Shown here piece by piece: positions 55,772 to 63,672 of a stretch of 64,000 bases of DNA (position 1 is its first letter; each line of letters opens with the position of its first letter). The notes under the pieces were generated by a model, which was not told the origin of the DNA, searched no databases, and saw nothing but the letters and a program-made list of their open reading frames with translations. The stretch covers positions 2,041 to 66,040 of the forward strand of contig DHTZ01000029.1 in assembly GCA_002408885.1 (NCBI GenBank). Reading direction: 5' to 3'. A program made the translations under genes and the position numbers. Source of the stretch: Lentisphaeria bacterium UBA5247. GTDB taxonomy: Bacteria > Verrucomicrobiota > Lentisphaeria > Victivallales > Victivallaceae.

Positions 55772-56770
55772 ATGATCAACGTGCGGAAAAACTTCTGGAA
55801 CTGGAAATTACGCCGTGATGACGTACTCGGAAACTGGTTCGACCACTATCCGGAATATCTCTCCGCCGCCAAAGTCAAGCAGAATCCGCAACGGACGGTG
55901 TTTACCGTCGACGACCGCTATTATGTCAAGCTGTTCACGCCGCACAAGCTGGACGACAAACTGCGGGAACTGCTGTTTCCCCGCGCCGAACGCGAATTCA
56001 CTACCGGCCTGGAACTGGAAAAGGCCGGAATCCCGGTGATCGAATACCTGGGCTGGGGACGGAGATTCACCACCGGCATGCTGGTCAGTACCGCCGAACC
56101 CGACGCCCGGACATTGTGGCAGTGCCGCCCCGGCATTACGCAGGAGCTGCTGGCGAAGCTGGCCGATTTAACCCGAATGCTGGTCGAACGGAATTATTTT
56201 CACCCGGACTACCATGCCGGAAATCTTCTGGTATGCGGGCAGGGCTTGAAACTGGTCGATGTTTACGGAATCGTGAAAATCGACCAGTACGGGGATGAAC
56301 AAAACTATCGGATGTGCCGGATGATTCTGGGCTTGAAAGAATTTTTAAACAACACCCAGGCTGTTGAATTCATGATTCGATCCGGGCTTGCCGAAAATCC
56401 TGTTCAGGCAATGGAAAGCTGGAATGAATACCTGGTGCGGGACGGAATCCATTTAAAAAAGGACTGGGAAAAGCGTTCGCGCCAAATCCGCAACTACTAC
56501 GGCAAATTCGTCCTGGCAAAAGAAAATACCGTATACCGGAAAATGCCCGATGAATCCGCCGCCGACCTTGATGGCGCCGAAATCAAAGAATATCCACCGG
56601 AAGAAGCGATGGCGCTCTGGCTTGATTCATTTCGGCTGGAACTTGCCGGGTTGCCCTGCCGCAAACCACTGGCCCTGAAAGATGGGTCCATTCTTTATTG
56701 GGAACAAAATGCCTGCCCTGAGTGGAATGAGGAAACTCAGGACCGGGCATGGCGCATGGAACTTTCGTAA
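55772..56770 (+). CDS. Kdo/WaaP/RIO-like lipopolysaccharide-kinase-family protein
   Basis: 332 aa. YYVKLF and the catalytic-loop-like YFHPDYHAGNLLV. Confidence 0.6.
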   Translation: MINVRKNFWNWKLRRDDVLGNWFDHYPEYLSAAKVKQNPQRTVFTVDDRYYVKLFTPHKLDDKLRELLFPRAEREFTTGLELEKAGIPVIEYLGWGRRFTTGMLVSTAEPDARTLWQCRPGITQELLAKLADLTRMLVERNYFHPDYHAGNLLVCGQGLKLVDVYGIVKIDQYGDEQNYRMCRMILGLKEFLNNTQAVEFMIRSGLAENPVQAMESWNEYLVRDGIHLKKDWEKRSRQIRNYYGKFVLAKENTVYRKMPDESAADLDGAEIKEYPPEEAMALWLDSFRLELAGLPCRKPLALKDGSILYWEQNACPEWNEETQDRAWRMELS

Positions 56771-56825
56771 GAACTCCCTCTGTCACTTCAGATGGAAAAA
56801 TGACAGGACTATTTGTATTTGCATC

Positions 56826-56853
56826 TTGAAAAATTTCCTTTTCGCTATATAAT
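56826..56853 (+). promoter_or_regulatory. sigma70 promoter of the SDR/FAD/XRE/OYE operon
   Basis: TTGAAA (56826-56831), 16-nt spacer, perfect TATAAT (56848-56853). Confidence 0.55.
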
Positions 56854-56878
56854 ATAAAGTAATATAGCAAAAAGGAAA
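56834..56878. promoter_or_regulatory. 17-bp inverted repeat (candidate operator) overlapping the -10 box and RBS
   Basis: TTTCCTTTTCGCTATAT (56834-56850), 11-nt spacer, ATATAGCAAAAAGGAAA (56862-56878). 16 of 17 positions are complementary. Confidence 0.5.
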
Positions 56879-56883
56879 TATTC

Positions 56884-57654
56884 ATGAAAAAAGTAGCATT
56901 GATTACAGGCGGAACGCGCGGCATCGGGCTGGGGATTTCTGAAAAATTTGCGGAAAACGGTTATGACCTTGCCGTCTGTGCCTCCAGCCCCGCGGAAAAA
57001 TATCGGGATACGATCGAAGCTCTGAAAAAATACGGCGGCCGGGTGATGTACTGCCAATGCGATATCTCAGACCGTGCTTCCCGCGAAGCCATGCTCGAAC
57101 AGATTTCGACAGAGTATCCGGTCATCCATGTTCTGATCAACAATGCCGGAGTCGCGCCGAAAATCCGTGCCGATATTCTGGATGCTTCGGAAGAAAGTTT
57201 CGCCGAATTGCTGAAAATCAACCTCCAAGGCCCCTATTTCCTGACTCAGGCGGTGGCAAAGCGAATGATCGAAGCCGGAAAAACCGACCCTGAATTCGAA
57301 GCCGTCATCATCAATATCGGCTCGATTTCCGCCACGGTTGCATCAGTCAGCCGCGGCGAATACTGCATTTCCAAAGCCGGAGTCGCCATGAGCAGTCGAT
57401 TATGGGCGGTGCGGCTGGCGGAATACGGCATTCCGGTTTATGAGCTTCGCCCCGGCGTCATCCGTACCGATATGACCAGCGCGGTAACGGAAAAATACGA
57501 CCGTCTGATCCATGACGGTTTGTGTTTGCAGAAACGCTGGGGGATGCCGGAAGACATCGGCAAGGCGGCGCTGATGCTGGCGCAGGGGGCGCTGGCTTAT
57601 TCGACCGGACAGGTTATCAACATCGACGGCGGAATGGAAATTTCGCGGCTCTGA
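56884..57654 (+). CDS. short-chain dehydrogenase/reductase (3-oxoacyl-ACP reductase-like)
   Basis: TGGTRGIG, NNAG and YxxxK (YCISK) motifs. Confidence 0.85.
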   Translation: MKKVALITGGTRGIGLGISEKFAENGYDLAVCASSPAEKYRDTIEALKKYGGRVMYCQCDISDRASREAMLEQISTEYPVIHVLINNAGVAPKIRADILDASEESFAELLKINLQGPYFLTQAVAKRMIEAGKTDPEFEAVIINIGSISATVASVSRGEYCISKAGVAMSSRLWAVRLAEYGIPVYELRPGVIRTDMTSAVTEKYDRLIHDGLCLQKRWGMPEDIGKAALMLAQGALAYSTGQVINIDGGMEISRL

Positions 57655-57672
57655 ACAACGGACAGGAGTTCT

Positions 57673-59556
57673 ATGAATTACAGCGTACACACCTTGATTC
57701 TGGGCAGCGGCGCCGCCGGTTTGAACACCGCGTTGCAGTTGAAGTCGCTCGGCGTTGACGACATCCTGATTTTGACCGAAGGGCTGGATCAGGGAACTTC
57801 CATCAACACCGGCAGCGACAAACAAACCTATTACAAACTCGGCATGTACGGCAATACGCCGGACTCTCCGGTCCAATTGGCCGGGACGCTGTTCAACGGC
57901 GGCTGTGTGCATGGCGATATCGCGTTGGCGGAAGCGGCGCTGTCCGTGCGCGGTTTTTACAATCTGGTCAATCTGGGGGTGCCTTTCCCGCACGACCGCC
58001 ACGGTCAATACATCGGATACAAGACGGACCATGACCCATTCTGCCGCGCCACCTCCTGCGGCCCCTATACCTCGCGCGAAATGTGCCTGAAACTGATCGA
58101 CGCCGTAAAACGCGCCGATATCCCGATCATGGAACAGCGGACTGCGGTATCGCTCCTGACCGTCAAAGACCGCGCCGCCGGCGCCATCACCCTGAACGAA
58201 AACGGCGAGTTCGAAGTTTTCCGTGCGGAAAACGTGGTATTCGCCGTCGGCGGGCCGGGCGGGCTGTACAAAGAATCGGTTTACCCGGCGGTCCATACCG
58301 GCGCGATCGGGCTGGCATTGAAGGCCGGGGCGCTGGCGCGGAACCTGCCGGAATCGCAATTCGGACTCAGTTCCGTCAAATTCCGCTGGAATGTCTCCGG
58401 CACTTACATGCAGGTGTTGCCTCGGGTCATATCCACCGCCGCGGACGGCGTCAGCGACGAACGGGAATTCCTGCCGGAACACTATGCGGGGGCAGGGGAG
58501 ATGAACTCCATGCTGTTCCTGAAAGGCTACCAGTGGCCGTTCGACACCACCAAGATCCCGAATGGCTCCTCCATGATCGACATTCTGGTATACATCGAAA
58601 CCGTGATCCGCAAACGCCGGGTGTTCCTGGATTACCGCGCCAACTGCGCCGGTTTTTCGTTTGACGCTCTCAGCCGGGAAGCATACGAATATCTGGAAAA
58701 ATCCAATGCATTATTCGGCACTCCGTTGGAACGCCTGGCGAAAATGAACCGTCCGGCTATCGATTTATATGCGGACCACGGTATTGATTTAAGTAAGGAG
58801 CCACTGGAAGTCGCGGTCTGCGCGCAGCATAACAACGGCGGGCTGGCGGCGAACGACTGGTGGGAATCGGAAAATATCAAACATCTGTTTCCGGTCGGAG
58901 AGGTAAACGGTTCTCACGGCGTCACCCGTCCGGGCGGTTCGGCATTGAATGCGGGGCAGGCGGGGGCGTTCCGCGCCGCCGAATACATCGCCGCGCGTTA
59001 CCGGGAATATTCGCTGGATGAAACCTTGTTCGAGCAAGCGGCGACAAACGAACTGGCGTTCCTGAATCAATACCTGACTCGAAACCGGAACTCCAACGAC
59101 TGGCAAGCCGAGCGGCTGGAATTTCAAGCCAGGATGACGGCGCACGGTGCCCAAATCCGAGGCGAAAACGTCTGTACCGCCGCCTGGTCGCAATACACGC
59201 GTCTGTTGGAGCAGGGAACTCAATGGCGCGGTCCGAACGGCAAAGCCGAAGCCCTGCGTAACCTGCAATTATGCCTGGCGCACGCGGTTTATCTGGAAGC
59301 GATTGCCGCTTCGATCCGGCAGGGGGTCGGTTCCCGCGGTTCAGCACTGGAATTGTATCCTGACGGCGTAGAACTCCCCGGTATCGGCTGGCGTTACCGA
59401 ATGGAAAACCGCGAATTCCGTTCGCAGGTACAAATGACCCGTTTCGATAACGGCGAAGTAAAAAATTACTGGGAACCGTGCCGCCCCTTGCCCGAATGCA
59501 ACGGTTGGTTCGAAAATATCTGGAACGATTACCGGGAGCAGAAAATATATGAATGA
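57673..59556 (+). CDS. FAD-dependent oxidoreductase (FAD_binding_2; fumarate reductase / aspartate oxidase / ketosteroid dehydrogenase-like)
   Basis: 627 aa with an N-terminal dinucleotide-binding motif LILGSGAAGLNTA. GGLAANDWWESENIKHLFPVGEV is typical of the family's C-terminal FAD contact. Confidence 0.75.
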   Translation: MNYSVHTLILGSGAAGLNTALQLKSLGVDDILILTEGLDQGTSINTGSDKQTYYKLGMYGNTPDSPVQLAGTLFNGGCVHGDIALAEAALSVRGFYNLVNLGVPFPHDRHGQYIGYKTDHDPFCRATSCGPYTSREMCLKLIDAVKRADIPIMEQRTAVSLLTVKDRAAGAITLNENGEFEVFRAENVVFAVGGPGGLYKESVYPAVHTGAIGLALKAGALARNLPESQFGLSSVKFRWNVSGTYMQVLPRVISTAADGVSDEREFLPEHYAGAGEMNSMLFLKGYQWPFDTTKIPNGSSMIDILVYIETVIRKRRVFLDYRANCAGFSFDALSREAYEYLEKSNALFGTPLERLAKMNRPAIDLYADHGIDLSKEPLEVAVCAQHNNGGLAANDWWESENIKHLFPVGEVNGSHGVTRPGGSALNAGQAGAFRAAEYIAARYREYSLDETLFEQAATNELAFLNQYLTRNRNSNDWQAERLEFQARMTAHGAQIRGENVCTAAWSQYTRLLEQGTQWRGPNGKAEALRNLQLCLAHAVYLEAIAASIRQGVGSRGSALELYPDGVELPGIGWRYRMENREFRSQVQMTRFDNGEVKNYWEPCRPLPECNGWFENIWNDYREQKIYE

Positions 59557-60088
59557 AGCGGCAGAACCCATGTATGATTTTTCCATTTTGCGTGATATCC
59601 GCAAGCATGAAAACCTCAGCATTGCGGATTTGACCGAACGCAGCGGTGTTTCGGCGGCGGTCATCTCGAAGCTGGAACGCAACCAGATCACGGCAGGGCT
59701 GGAAACGCTAGGCAAATTGGCGAGGGCGTTCGGCATCAGCGCCGCCGATCTGATCAAAGCCGCGGAGAATCGCCACGCCCGGCTGGCCGAAGCGACGGAA
59801 CGAGACGCCGACGGATTTCATTTCCATGAAATATCGTATTCCAATATGAAAGGACTGCTGGGGACGGCTCCGGCCGGGACCGTTCTCGAGCGCCCCCATC
59901 TGCACCGGAGCGGCTCGGAAATGTGCTGGGTGCTGAAAGGAAGGGTGGTATTCAGCCTGCCGGAAGGGGATTATGATTTATCCGCCGGTCAATCCATCAT
60001 GTTCGATGCCCTGCATCGGCATCGTTACCGGGTGCTCCAAGACTGCGAATTGTTTATCGTCCACCTGAAAGAAGGGTTCAAACTGTAA
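59549..60088 (+). CDS. XRE-family HTH transcriptional regulator with C-terminal cupin domain
   Basis: HTH LSIADLTERSGVSAAVISKLERNQ. Cupin HLHRSGSEMCWVLKGRV...HRHRY. 8-nt overlap with the upstream gene. Confidence 0.8.
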   Translation: MNEAAEPMYDFSILRDIRKHENLSIADLTERSGVSAAVISKLERNQITAGLETLGKLARAFGISAADLIKAAENRHARLAEATERDADGFHFHEISYSNMKGLLGTAPAGTVLERPHLHRSGSEMCWVLKGRVVFSLPEGDYDLSAGQSIMFDALHRHRYRVLQDCELFIVHLKEGFKL

Positions 60089-60103
60089 AGAAAGAGGAAA
60101 GTC

Positions 60104-61534
60104 ATGAACGAATATCCTAAAATTTCGACATTGAAAACGCCCGAGGCGTTTGCCGCACATCTGGACAGCCTTGGCTTGCCTCACTGGTTCGAACCCGAAA
60201 TGAAAGCCGGAGCGGATTCCGCACTGGCCCGACCAGTTCAACTGAACGGACGCAGTGTCGGCAACCGCTGGGCTATTCTGCCGATGGAAGGCTGGGACTG
60301 CCTGCCGGACGGCTCGCCAAGTGAGTTGACGGAACGCCGCTGGCTGCGCTTCGGAGAGAGCGGAGCCAAAATGATCTTCGGTTGCGAGGCCGCCGCCGTC
60401 ATGCTTTCCGGCAAAAGCAACACCAGGCAAATGATGATTACCACCGAAACGGCGGAAAACCTCGGTAAACTGCGGCGGAAAATGGTTGACCGTCATGCCG
60501 GAAAATTCGGTACGGCGGATGATCTTTATGTCGGGCTGCAATTGACTCATTCCGGACGCTATTCCCATCCGGACGACGACAAAATATTGAAATCAGTCAC
60601 CGCGTACGCCCATCCGCTTCTGGACCGTAAATTCGGCAATTCAGCCGCCAATGTCGTTTCTGACGGTGAGCTTGATGAAATTGTCGCCACCTTTATCGCC
60701 GCCGCCCGGCTGGCCCGCGACGCCGGATTCCATTTTGTGGACATCAAGCATGCGCACGGTTATCTGGGTCATGAACTGCTCAGCGCGATTGAGCGCCCCG
60801 GCAAATATGGCGGTTCATTTGAAAACCGCACCCGCTTCTTCCGGGAAATCACGCAGGGAATCCGTTCGGAAGTGCCCGGTATCGACATTTCCCTGCGTTT
60901 CAGCATCTTTGACATGATTCCATTCGAAAAAGGGCCGGATCGGGCAGGGCGGCCCATGCAGTGGGACGGTCCCTACCCGTATGCCTTCGGCGGTGACGGC
61001 AGCGGAGCCGGATACGACCTGACGGAGCCGCTTGAGTTCCTGCGTCTGGCTCATTCATTGGGAGTAAAATTCATCTGCGCGACCGTCGGCAGTCCGTATT
61101 ACAATCCGCATATTCAACGCCCGGCTTATTATCCGGTCAGCGACGGCTATCTGCCGCCCGAAGACCCCTTAACCGGAGCGTTCCGCCAGATCAAAGTCGT
61201 CGCTGAAATGAAGAAATTGATTCCGGAAATGAACATCATCGGTTCCGGTTATACCTGTCTGCAGGAATGGCTGCCGAATGTGGCCGAATATGTGACCGGA
61301 CACGGCATGGCGGATTTTGTCGGTATCGGACGGATGGTGCTGTCTTACCCGGACATTTGCGCGGATCAACTGCAGGGCAGGGGGCTGGATAAACGGAAAA
61401 TCTGCCGGACCTTCGGAGATTGTACCACGGCTCCGCGCAACGGCCTGGTCTCCGGTTGTTATCCGCTGGACCATTATTACCGGGAACTTGAATCCGCCGA
61501 GAAATTAAAAGATCTGAAAAAACGCCTTTCCTGA
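60104..61534 (+). CDS. Old-Yellow-Enzyme-family NADH:flavin oxidoreductase (ene-reductase-like)
   Basis: 476 aa. LQLTHSGRY, DIKHAHGYLGHELLS and GGSFENRTRF motifs. Confidence 0.8.
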   Translation: MNEYPKISTLKTPEAFAAHLDSLGLPHWFEPEMKAGADSALARPVQLNGRSVGNRWAILPMEGWDCLPDGSPSELTERRWLRFGESGAKMIFGCEAAAVMLSGKSNTRQMMITTETAENLGKLRRKMVDRHAGKFGTADDLYVGLQLTHSGRYSHPDDDKILKSVTAYAHPLLDRKFGNSAANVVSDGELDEIVATFIAAARLARDAGFHFVDIKHAHGYLGHELLSAIERPGKYGGSFENRTRFFREITQGIRSEVPGIDISLRFSIFDMIPFEKGPDRAGRPMQWDGPYPYAFGGDGSGAGYDLTEPLEFLRLAHSLGVKFICATVGSPYYNPHIQRPAYYPVSDGYLPPEDPLTGAFRQIKVVAEMKKLIPEMNIIGSGYTCLQEWLPNVAEYVTGHGMADFVGIGRMVLSYPDICADQLQGRGLDKRKICRTFGDCTTAPRNGLVSGCYPLDHYYRELESAEKLKDLKKRLS

Positions 61535-61544
61535 ACAAAAAAAA

Positions 61545-61590
61545 GTGGCGGCGATCATTATTTCCGGGGTGAAATAACGACCGCCGCCAC
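61545..61590 (-). terminator. long hairpin terminator between convergent genes
   Basis: 20-nt arms GTGGCGGCGATCATTATTTC / GAAATAACGACCGCCGCCAC (18 of 20 paired). The A8 run at 61537-61544 gives a U8 tail on the minus strand, downstream of the SIMPL gene. Confidence 0.7.
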
Positions 61591-61605
61591 CAACAAGGGG
61601 CCGAT

Positions 61606-62346
61606 TTATTCGAGTAAATATTCTAGCGTCACCACGACTTTTATGCTCTTTTCCAAACTTTCAGTGTCATAGACACCACCATATGATGTTTCAGTGGAGT
61701 AGGGGGAGGTGATCTGAATGATTCCCTGCTTGGCTTCCAGCAGGCGGCCGATATTGCCGCCGCTGTTTTCGGCGAGAACCTTGGCACGTTCCAATCCATT
61801 CGTCGTGGCTTTGCGCAAAAGCACCAGTTTATACCGGTCCAGGTTGAAAATGAAATATTCCGGCGCTCCGGTCGTCATATCCACACCGTCGCTCAATAAG
61901 ACATCCAGACTGCGATATTTACCGGAAACCAGCTCTACCTGTTTAGTAATCACTTCGATCATACGATTGCCGGCTATATGCAGAAATTCATCCGTTTCGG
62001 CACCTTTATCATTCTTCTTATAGACGTTTTCGTGATTAATACCGCCCAGATTGATTTCTTCTTCTTTGAATCCCATATGCAGCAGCTTGGCGACGATTTT
62101 ATCTTTTGACAACTGCAAGGCGTTGTACATCTCTTCCAGATTCGCGCCACGCGCCCGTACATATATATAGAACTTGGCGATGTCGCTGCTGACCACCTGT
62201 TCGGCATATCCTTTGACGGCAAGGTTTTTCTCTTTCCGGATCTTGATGAAAAATTTCGACAGCATACCCGAAGACACAACCACGGCTCCGGCGATAATTA
62301 TTGCGGCGGCGATCTGTGCGCCATATTTAATACTTTTTTCTTGCAT
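61606..62346 (-). CDS. SIMPL-domain (DUF541) envelope protein
   Basis: Start set at MQEKSIKYGAQIAAAIIIAG (TM anchor). The AVKGYAEQVVSSDIAKFYIYV... pattern is SIMPL-like. GC is visibly lower than in upstream genes. Confidence 0.65.
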   Translation of the reverse strand: MQEKSIKYGAQIAAAIIIAGAVVVSSGMLSKFFIKIRKEKNLAVKGYAEQVVSSDIAKFYIYVRARGANLEEMYNALQLSKDKIVAKLLHMGFKEEEINLGGINHENVYKKNDKGAETDEFLHIAGNRMIEVITKQVELVSGKYRSLDVLLSDGVDMTTGAPEYFIFNLDRYKLVLLRKATTNGLERAKVLAENSGGNIGRLLEAKQGIIQITSPYSTETSYGGVYDTESLEKSIKVVVTLEYLLE

Positions 62347-62461
62347 AGTTCTATCCTGATTAAAAAATGATATCCTGAATGCAAACACAATTCGGGACTG
62401 TGTTTTTTGTTCATACCTAATTATACCGCCATCCTACAGGGATATCAATCGCATATTCATT

Positions 62462-62489
62462 ACGTCGCATAATGTATCTTATGTTAAGT
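62462..62489 (+). other. dif: XerCD dif-like recombination site
   Basis: ACGTCGCATAA TGTATC TTATGTTAAGT versus E. coli dif GGTGCGCATAA TGTATA TTATGTTAAAT. Matches: 7/11 (XerC arm), 5/6 (centre), 10/11 (XerD arm). Confidence 0.6.
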
Positions 62490-62506
62490 TTCATGTATGG
62501 CGAAAT

Positions 62507-62563
62507 GCCGTGCCTTGCAATCGTAAGCGCCTTGAAAGAAGTTGCTTACGATTGCCGCACGGC
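62507..62563. repeat. strong 19-bp hairpin inside the spacer between the dif-like sites
   Basis: 62507-62513 pairs with 62557-62563 (7 bp) and 62517-62528 pairs with 62544-62555 (12 bp). 15-nt loop. Its left arm can alternatively pair with 62588-62602 (14 of 15). Confidence 0.6.
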
Positions 62564-62610
62564 TTCGCTGTTAATAAGTTGTTTACCATTGCAACGCACG
62601 GCAACATGAA

Positions 62611-62638
62611 ACTTATACATAATATCCGTTGATGCGAC
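62611..62638 (-). repeat. inverted, degenerate dif-like partner site
   Basis: The reverse complement is GTCGCATCAACGGATATTATGTATAAGT. It shares GTCGCAT and TTATGT..AAGT(TTCATGT) with the 62462-62496 copy, but the centre differs. Confidence 0.5.
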
Positions 62639-62660
62639 ATCCAAGACGATCCGCAGAAGC

Positions 62661-62703
62661 AAAAATAAAGCCACCGGACACCTTACAAGGGTTATCCGGT
62701 GGC
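62661..62703 (-). terminator. rho-independent terminator downstream of the secretin-like gene
   Basis: GCCACCGGA / TCCGGTGGC 9-bp stem (62670-62678 / 62695-62703). The minus-strand tail is CTTTATTTTTG. Confidence 0.65.
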
Positions 62704-62756
62704 TTTCCGTCAATCGATGCCGGAGATGCCTCATATCGATCATTTTCGTAAAATGC

Positions 62757-62807
62757 CATAACCGACCGTTCGGCGGTGCGGTAGCTCCGGCGTGCCGGTC
62801 GGTTATG
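62757..62807. repeat. GC-rich perfect 12-bp inverted repeat straddling the secretin stop codon
   Basis: CATAACCGACCG (62757-62768) and CGGTCGGTTATG (62796-62807) flank a 27-nt GC-rich loop. Confidence 0.5.
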
Positions 62808-63672
62808 AATTTTCCTGAATTTCCGGAGGCTTCTCCGAAATTTTGCCGTTTTCCCTCGAATCAGCCTTATTTGAAGGATAGGAGGCTTTCACCGAACCGT
62901 CTATCTTATACACTTTACCCCATACCTGCAAAACCACCTTACCGCGGTCTGCTCCGAATTTGAGTGTATCCTCCTGTTTGTCAACATGCTGGAACCTATT
63001 CAGCTCGCCAAGCAGATAAATCTTGTTGGTCTGCATGTCCACGTCAGTTTTAAATACCGTCTGAGACGTGACAGGAGAATATTCAACATAGCTTTTCACA
63101 TCCGAAAACGTTATCTCAAGCGTCAAATTTGTCCCGATACTGGACTCCAGTAAAGAAGCATTCACCACCAGCCCGGTATCGATATAATCAAACCCGGTCG
63201 TCGTAACAGTCCCCTGCTCCGAAATGGTTTTTTTCGGAATCGGCACACGTTCCCCATCATGCCATTTTGCCGTGTAACCGTCCCGGATCACAAACATAGG
63301 ACTGGCGTATAAGTCCGCATAACTGCTGTTGTTCAGGAATTCAAAAAACCCATCCAGCCTTAAATTCTCGACCGAGATTTTATTGCTGGAAATGTCATAG
63401 CTGATTGATCCGCTTGATTTAGTGGTCAAACCACCCTCAAGCAACATATCTTTCCGCAAAGAAACGAAATAAAGCTGGACAATCCATGATCTGGACTCTT
63501 GCGCATCCAGATAATCAAGCATTTCCGATACACGACGCAATACCGACTCGTGATCCGTCACCACAGCAACGCTGTTCCGGGTGATCGACACCCTGCCATC
63601 GACTGAAAGCATCGATTTCAAAATCGTATCCAACCGTTCGCCGTCATGTCCCAAAACACGCCGGACCAACAC
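62803..63672 (-). CDS. secretin-domain protein (phage pIV / GspD-like), body lacking its own signal peptide
   Basis: ASPMFVIRDGYTAKWHDGERVPIP...GFDYIDTGLVVNASLL...LTLEITFSDV...FKTDVDMQTNKIYLLGEL is collinear with the secretin C-domain of f1 pIV. The open frame extends 11 codons upstream to a TAA at 63706-63708. Confidence 0.55.
   Translation of the reverse strand: MLVRRVLGHDGERLDTILKSMLSVDGRVSITRNSVAVVTDHESVLRRVSEMLDYLDAQESRSWIVQLYFVSLRKDMLLEGGLTTKSSGSISYDISSNKISVENLRLDGFFEFLNNSSYADLYASPMFVIRDGYTAKWHDGERVPIPKKTISEQGTVTTTGFDYIDTGLVVNASLLESSIGTNLTLEITFSDVKSYVEYSPVTSQTVFKTDVDMQTNKIYLLGELNRFQHVDKQEDTLKFGADRGKVVLQVWGKVYKIDGSVKASYPSNKADSRENGKISEKPPEIQENS

Noticed and set aside
60186-60196. tRNA T-loop-like GGTTCGAACCC.
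   Set aside because: It lies inside the OYE coding sequence (LPHWFEPEM). No acceptor or anticodon stems can be built around it. I found no convincing tRNA, rRNA, tmRNA or RNase P sequence in any intergenic region.
62464-62639. Retron-like msr/msd ncRNA: flanking inverted repeats around an internally hairpinned element of about 176 nt.
   Set aside because: No reverse transcriptase gene lies on either side. The flanking repeats match the XerCD dif consensus far better than retron a1/a2 repeats, so the dif/attP interpretation is preferred.
62546-62743. 65-aa minus-strand ORF in the structured intergenic region.
   Set aside because: It runs through the hairpins, the inverted dif-like copy and a terminator stem. 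It has no RBS and no recognisable motif.
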